From an uncultured bacterium (GTDB lineage Bacteria; Patescibacteriota; Minisyncoccia; Phycocordibacterales; PALSA-1337): a stretch of DNA of 64,000 bases. The translations under genes and the position numbers were made by a program. Shown here in pieces: positions 59,071-64,000 of the stretch. The notes beneath the pieces are model-generated. The model was given only the letters and a program-made list of their open reading frames with translations. It made no database searches and was not told the origin of the DNA. The stretch is taken from the NCBI GenBank assembly GCA_903839725.1, contig CAIMDG010000003.1, forward strand, positions 31,829 through 95,828, in the 5' to 3' direction. Position 1 is the first letter of the stretch; each line of letters begins with the position of its first letter.

Positions 59071-60176
59071 ATTTTCTCGATACGCTTTCTTATTTTCTCT
59101 GTGAATAGAGTGAGGTCAAACTGTTGAGCATGTTGCATGCAGATATCTTTGTATTTCAGTGGTTCACGAGATAATTCATCTCCAAGTTTTTGTATTGTCG
59201 TCAGCAGTTTTTCTACATCGATATCCTGTATCAATATTCCTGTCTTACCATCAAGTACTGTTTCTTTGTAGCCACCTTCATTTGGCGCAATAACTGGTTT
59301 TCCTGAAGCCAATGCTTCAACTACACTTAAACCGAAATCTTCATCTTTCGATGTGGTAATAAAGCCCTTACAATTAGCATAGAGTCGAATGAGCTCTTCG
59401 CGAGAAACCCAGCTTCGTATTTCAACGTTAGGTGTTTTGATTGTATTGCAGTGCTCGGCATATTCAGTGAAGTGGCGGGCCTGTTCATAGCTGCCAACAA
59501 TAATAAGTTTTTCATGGGGAAGTCGCGCGAATGCTCCAAGCTGCACATCGATCCTTTTCATATTGAGTAAACGATTGACTGAAAGCCAATAATCTCCTGT
59601 TTTCCCAAAATAGAAATCGGATGTTTTTACAGGAGGATGTATGACTTCTGCTTCTTTACCCAAGTATTTTTTTACTCGATTTTTTGTATTTACTGAATTA
59701 CATACAAGGGTGCCTACTTTTTCTGTATATTTTTTGTTGAGATATCTATTGTACCTAACCCATACGTCGAATATTGGACGAAGAATCCAAGGCACATTAT
59801 TGTTGCGAACATATTCATATAGATCCCATATCTCGCGAATAGGTGAGTGGACATACCAGAGGTTCGGTTGATTGTTCACTGCTCCCGACATGGCCCAGTC
59901 GCCATCAATGATATAAAAATCATATGCTGATTTGAGATTGAGTAGTCGAAATTTCCAGAGTGCGAATTGTTGTTTGAAAGGGGCACTGATAGGAATAGTT
60001 CCTATCGAATGTATTCTCGGTAATACATCTTTGAAGCCCATTTTTTTAATTTGTTCAGGGTTTATATTTGTCGTGTAGATATCGGCATTGAATTCACGAG
60101 CAAGATATAGTGCCACCATCTCAGCACCTCCGATATTGTCCATGTAATTGTGGAATAGAGCGATTTTTTTGTTCAT
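59067..60176 (-). CDS. Glycosyltransferase family 4 (GT-B)
   Basis: EDFGLSVVEALASGKPVIAPNEGGYKETV (E-x7-E motif). Confidence 0.8.
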   Translation of the reverse strand: MNKKIALFHNYMDNIGGAEMVALYLAREFNADIYTTNINPEQIKKMGFKDVLPRIHSIGTIPISAPFKQQFALWKFRLLNLKSAYDFYIIDGDWAMSGAVNNQPNLWYVHSPIREIWDLYEYVRNNNVPWILRPIFDVWVRYNRYLNKKYTEKVGTLVCNSVNTKNRVKKYLGKEAEVIHPPVKTSDFYFGKTGDYWLSVNRLLNMKRIDVQLGAFARLPHEKLIIVGSYEQARHFTEYAEHCNTIKTPNVEIRSWVSREELIRLYANCKGFITTSKDEDFGLSVVEALASGKPVIAPNEGGYKETVLDGKTGILIQDIDVEKLLTTIQKLGDELSREPLKYKDICMQHAQQFDLTLFTEKIRKRIEKI

Positions 60177-60187
60177 ATAGTGCAGTA

Positions 60188-61315
60188 TTATTTTTCTTTG
60201 ATGGCTAGAATACTCAACATAAATGCGGATGATATGGTTTGAACACCGATAACAAGCAATATAAGACCAAAAATTGATCCTTGTATTCCGTTATTGTATA
60301 TCTCATTTAAAATCCCGATGATGAGAAAGAGCATACCAATAATACCAGCTCTTTCGAGGGTGATATAGTTGAATAATTTTTCAAATAATATATTTTTTTC
60401 ACCAAGATGAGTGATGGCGTAAATCTTTGCGAAAAAAGTGAAGTATATAAGTTGATATCCGATAATAGTACAACCCGCTGATAGGAAAAGCTGATGAAGA
60501 TATACTGATGCATTCAAGGTACTTATAATTCCAATAAGAAATATAACTATTCCTGGAATTAAAAAAATAACCATAGGGGAATAGATAAGAATAAACCGTA
60601 GATGCCTCCAGCCGTCTTGGAATGAATTGAGTTTGGAAGAACCGAAACGCTCAGTATATGTCACTGGAATTTCCGAGATACTAAGATGTGATTTGGTAGC
60701 CTTGATAATCATTTCAGAAGCAAATTCCATACCGCGAGCCTTCAAGTTTAGTGTAACTAGTTTTTCTTTTGTTATAGCGCGAATACCACAGTGTATATCT
60801 TTTATTTTTACACCAAAGAAAAGACGAACAAGTCCTGAAAGCACCGGGTTCCCAATGTATTTGTGATGCCATGGCATAGAGCCGAGTTTGTTCGTAGTAT
60901 TTTTTTCAGTAACTTTCGCAAAACGATTTCCAATAATCAAATCATTTCCTTTTTTTAGTAGATCAATGAATTTTGGTATATCCCTGAAATCATATGTGCC
61001 ATCGAGGTCGGCCATGAATATATATGTTCCTCGAGCAATTGAAAAACCTTTTTGGTATGCAGATCCATATCCACGAATTGGTTCATGTACTAATTTCATA
61101 TCTACCAAAGAGGTATGTTTATTGGCTTCTATTATTTTTTGTATAATAGAAATACTCGCATCCTTTGAGCCATTATCAACAATAATAATCTCCATGGAAA
61201 TAGCATATGTTTGTATCGTGTGGATGATTTGATCAATACACGTTTCTATAGCTTTTTCCTCATCGAGACAAGGGAGGACTATGCTTAATTCAATTTTTTT
61301 ATTTGTAACAGGCAT
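60188..61315 (-). CDS. Glycosyltransferase family 2 with C-terminal TM helices (polyprenyl-phosphate sugar transferase/GtrB-like)
   Basis: IVLPCLDEE...IIVDNGSKD, a DLD motif (MADLDGTYD), then ~4 C-terminal TM helices. Confidence 0.8.
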   Translation of the reverse strand: MPVTNKKIELSIVLPCLDEEKAIETCIDQIIHTIQTYAISMEIIIVDNGSKDASISIIQKIIEANKHTSLVDMKLVHEPIRGYGSAYQKGFSIARGTYIFMADLDGTYDFRDIPKFIDLLKKGNDLIIGNRFAKVTEKNTTNKLGSMPWHHKYIGNPVLSGLVRLFFGVKIKDIHCGIRAITKEKLVTLNLKARGMEFASEMIIKATKSHLSISEIPVTYTERFGSSKLNSFQDGWRHLRFILIYSPMVIFLIPGIVIFLIGIISTLNASVYLHQLFLSAGCTIIGYQLIYFTFFAKIYAITHLGEKNILFEKLFNYITLERAGIIGMLFLIIGILNEIYNNGIQGSIFGLILLVIGVQTISSAFMLSILAIKEK

Positions 61316-61329
61316 AGTATACTTGGCTT

Positions 61330-63117
61330 ATGGTTTTAACTTTCGGGATAATCCTTCTCTGTGCACCTTTTGTATTGGTATTTCTGTATTCTAATACATT
61401 TAAGGATAGTATACGAATGATAGGTTCTATCGCTGCATTTCATGTAACTGTTTGTTTTTTGACACAACTTTTTCATGTATTTAATTACCCAGTTATATTC
61501 ATACTCAATATTGGGTTCATTGTTTCGCTGTATTATCTTTCGGGGGGAATATTGAACAAAAAGTCATGGAGTGTATTCAAAGATAATTGGTTTGTATTTC
61601 TTGTCCTTGTTGTCATTATTTTACAATTGGTATCAATACGTTTTTCTTATACTGGTCCAGTGCAAACCATGAGAGGAACAACACAAGTTGAGAATAGCAA
61701 TTACCCATACCCATATTTTTCTGATGAATGGGTAAATGTATCCCTCATCAAATACTGTATTTCGAACCATTCATTGTCTACAGTGAATCCACTGTATCAT
61801 GATGTGTCTTCGCCAAATATTTTATTTATTTTTACGGGAACAATTTCAGAATTTTTTGTATTGACCGGACTTGATCCACTTACTGCGTATGCTATTTTGC
61901 AGATGCTTGTTGTATTGGCTATATGTATATCGTTTTATATTTTATTGCGATATTACGGTATTTCTATGTATATCGCGGCCGTAACAGTTATAGGCTTCAT
62001 GTATATAACAAATAGTGGCAATTTACCGGCAATGTGGTCTCTGCTACCTGTTACATTGTCCGCCCTATTCTTGCCATGGATCATTCTTGCTCAGAAACAC
62101 AATATGAAAATATGGGCAATGGTATACAGTCTATTTGCGCTCATTATATATCCACCGATGCTTGTGTTTGTTGTGCCCATTCTAGGTATTGAGTTATATA
62201 CGTTGTATGTTCAGAAAAGTAAAAAAGAGTATATGGCATATCTTATAAAATTGTCTGGAATTGGTCTAGGAGCATTCATCGTTATTTTCTCTGTAGCATT
62301 TTTCCATTTTCATGTGTCTATTGGACAATTTTTCAGTAGATATATCGTTCGTTCAAATTTGGATTTCGGGATCCCTGATTATTCGTTTTGGCACGTATTA
62401 CCAGTGTTGATTATTTTGTGTTCTCTGTGCGGGATCTATGTTGCTTATAAGAAAAAATATTCTGAGATACTTATTCCAACTGTAGTTGGTGGCATCTTCT
62501 GGATAATGTATCTCTTTACTAGTAAGGTTTTTATCATAGAATATCCTCGAGTCGTTTTTATTACATCAATATTTCTTGTTGTTCTTGCCGGGTTCGGTAT
62601 TGAATATTTAGTTAGCGAATCGATTCGTAGAATACATATTGTGAAGGTAGATGCGGGTATGTATCGATATGTCGGTATGTTTATTCTTGTTCTGTATGTA
62701 GTACTTCTTGCAACGTATCCAACACAAGCTTCTTGGCAAGGAATAAATTCACGATTTCAAGACAGTCAAGGAAGCATACATATAATCCCGCCTGCCAATA
62801 TACTAAATAGATACCTACAAGATGATGATATGAAGATCTTCAAAGATATTCATGAGGTAAATTTTATTTCGATTCCGTGGAAGGCATTGGTCGTCGGGTC
62901 AGCAACACATAATTTCCCTCTAGAATCAAAATCTTCCACTATTTCAAGTCAGATATATTCATTTGCAAAATTTATGAATTTGAATTGTGCTCAAAAAGCT
63001 GAAATGGCAGGTACATACAAGGTTGCTTATGTCTATTCAGGACCATTCTCGTGCCCAAATTTCAAAGAGGTAACAAGAAGTGGTGAAGGTTTTGTATTAT
63101 ATTCATCTACTCACTAA
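61330..63117 (+). CDS. Large polytopic membrane protein (>=12 TM helices) with a C-terminal soluble domain; candidate GT-C-type glycosyltransferase or polymerase
   Basis: Topology only; family not recognised. Confidence 0.4.
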   Translation: MVLTFGIILLCAPFVLVFLYSNTFKDSIRMIGSIAAFHVTVCFLTQLFHVFNYPVIFILNIGFIVSLYYLSGGILNKKSWSVFKDNWFVFLVLVVIILQLVSIRFSYTGPVQTMRGTTQVENSNYPYPYFSDEWVNVSLIKYCISNHSLSTVNPLYHDVSSPNILFIFTGTISEFFVLTGLDPLTAYAILQMLVVLAICISFYILLRYYGISMYIAAVTVIGFMYITNSGNLPAMWSLLPVTLSALFLPWIILAQKHNMKIWAMVYSLFALIIYPPMLVFVVPILGIELYTLYVQKSKKEYMAYLIKLSGIGLGAFIVIFSVAFFHFHVSIGQFFSRYIVRSNLDFGIPDYSFWHVLPVLIILCSLCGIYVAYKKKYSEILIPTVVGGIFWIMYLFTSKVFIIEYPRVVFITSIFLVVLAGFGIEYLVSESIRRIHIVKVDAGMYRYVGMFILVLYVVLLATYPTQASWQGINSRFQDSQGSIHIIPPANILNRYLQDDDMKIFKDIHEVNFISIPWKALVVGSATHNFPLESKSSTISSQIYSFAKFMNLNCAQKAEMAGTYKVAYVYSGPFSCPNFKEVTRSGEGFVLYSSTH

Positions 63118-63205
63118 TATTCCTTGTTACCAGAGCAACTACTTGAGCACGGTACTATTTTCAAAGCTGTCCACACTTGTACGGTAAATTATGGGGGGTA
63201 TTTTG

Positions 63206-63214
63206 TGATATAAT
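63206..63214 (+). promoter_or_regulatory. Extended -10 element TGATATAAT 10 nt upstream of the Ser/Thr-rich protein start
   Basis: Read directly. Confidence 0.3.
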
Positions 63215-63223
63215 CTGGGTAAT

Positions 63224-64000
63224 ATGGTAGCCAAACTCCTCAATTTACGCCCTGAACCCAAGCCAATCATCATCGAAAAGGTGATACAGGTAAAACGAAT
63301 ATGGTGGCTGGAAATATTGAAGATGGTTACAGTCATTACTGTGGTCTCTAGTATCGTATATGGTATCTCCAAGGCTGACATAACTATCCCAACTTCATCA
63401 GTACAAAGCTTCAGTGCATTCGGTACTGTATCTGACATGTCTCCGGAAGTTATTTCTATTGAAAATGCACGATCCTCTGAAAAAGCAGGAGCAGTTTCAT
63501 ATACCTTCAAACTGACAGATGTTAAGAAGATTGAAAATCGTATACACGTAGCACTCCTCATGTCTGATATCCATGTTGGTGACAAAATTGTTGCTATGGG
63601 TATGTCGAATGATGGTGCAGTGACCATCAACCGAATTATTTCATTCTCATCTACTGCCACAACTAGTGATGTAGTTGCAATTCCACTCACAGCAAGTACC
63701 ACTGCTACATCAACTCTTGAAAATGCAACTTCAACAGCATCAACTACTTCAGTGGTAGCTACTTCTACTGCAACATCTACCGCATCTTCAACTCAATCGG
63801 GAGATTCAGTAAACATTTCAACAACCACCGCATCAACAACTCTTGAGATTGCAAGTTCAACAGCATCAACTACTCCAGTAGTGGCTACATCTACAGCTAC
63901 TACAACTGATAGCACCGCGACAACAACTCCAAGTAGTGCTACTTCAACAGATACAACAAATATTTCGACGACTACTTCCTCGGGATCAACGGCTCCTGCA
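63224..64000 (+). CDS. Ser/Thr-rich surface protein (N-terminal TM/signal anchor, small folded domain, then a long ATSTASTT-type low-complexity region); runs off the window end
   Basis: Frame open from the ATG at 63224 to nt 64000. Absent from the track because it has no stop. The antisense track ORF 63139..63702 is probably an artefact. Confidence 0.6.
   Translation, partial: MVAKLLNLRPEPKPIIIEKVIQVKRIWWLEILKMVTVITVVSSIVYGISKADITIPTSSVQSFSAFGTVSDMSPEVISIENARSSEKAGAVSYTFKLTDVKKIENRIHVALLMSDIHVGDKIVAMGMSNDGAVTINRIISFSSTATTSDVVAIPLTASTTATSTLENATSTASTTSVVATSTATSTASSTQSGDSVNISTTTASTTLEIASSTASTTPVVATSTATTTDSTATTTPSSATSTDTTNISTTTSSGSTAPA

Noticed and set aside
63139-63702. Minus-strand ORF (187 aa) at the window end.
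   Set aside because: It is antisense to a longer, more plausible plus-strand gene (extended -10, N-terminal anchor, Ser/Thr-rich tract). Low-complexity coding DNA commonly yields antisense ORFs.

Overview
This is a low-GC (~38%), tightly packed window with short intergenic spacers and many overlapping start/stop codons. It reads as a small-genome Patescibacteria/CPR-type organism, but that placement is inference from architecture and gene content. Standard code (UGA = stop) is consistent with all long ORFs. Most of the window is housekeeping: murB; secA; obg; gatB; an ECF sigma operon with a YknXYZ/MacAB-like tripartite ABC exporter; msrA/msrB; aspS; nrnA-like DHH phosphoesterase; cyclophilin; class II (B12-dependent) RNR; def; RNase P RNA; murJ; lepA; tRNA-Gly(CCC); gpmI; eno; rpsB; tsf; tRNA-Thr(UGU); and an ABC-transporter-dependent glycan-assembly locus (Wzm/Wzt, GT2/GT4 and multi-domain glycosyltransferases, a large polytopic membrane protein) followed by a Ser/Thr-rich surface protein. 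The most unusual content is non-coding. (1) A four-copy family of ~120-130 nt intergenic palindromic elements has a conserved 46-nt core and 35-40 bp arms that differ between copies but are perfectly self-complementary within each copy. Two inverted copies bracket a TraD/VirD4-like ATPase cassette, and two direct copies sit within ~20 nt of each end of an MFS transporter gene. (2) A conserved ~130-nt leader module (two GGTCTCG boxes, a covarying hairpin, CTCGATCCGAATTT, AAATTC) precedes both tRNA genes. (3) Downstream of tRNA-Gly there is a GC-rich ~150-bp segment bounded by direct and inverted copies of the tRNA 3' end, which looks like an att site or scar. (4) A GC-rich, hairpin-forming ~125-bp segment sits in-frame inside secA. 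There are also several other long perfect palindromes (29-bp and 24-bp arms around 50-60 nt loops; a 26-bp-arm palindrome after lepA). All functional assignments rest on motifs I recognised by eye; no database searches were possible.
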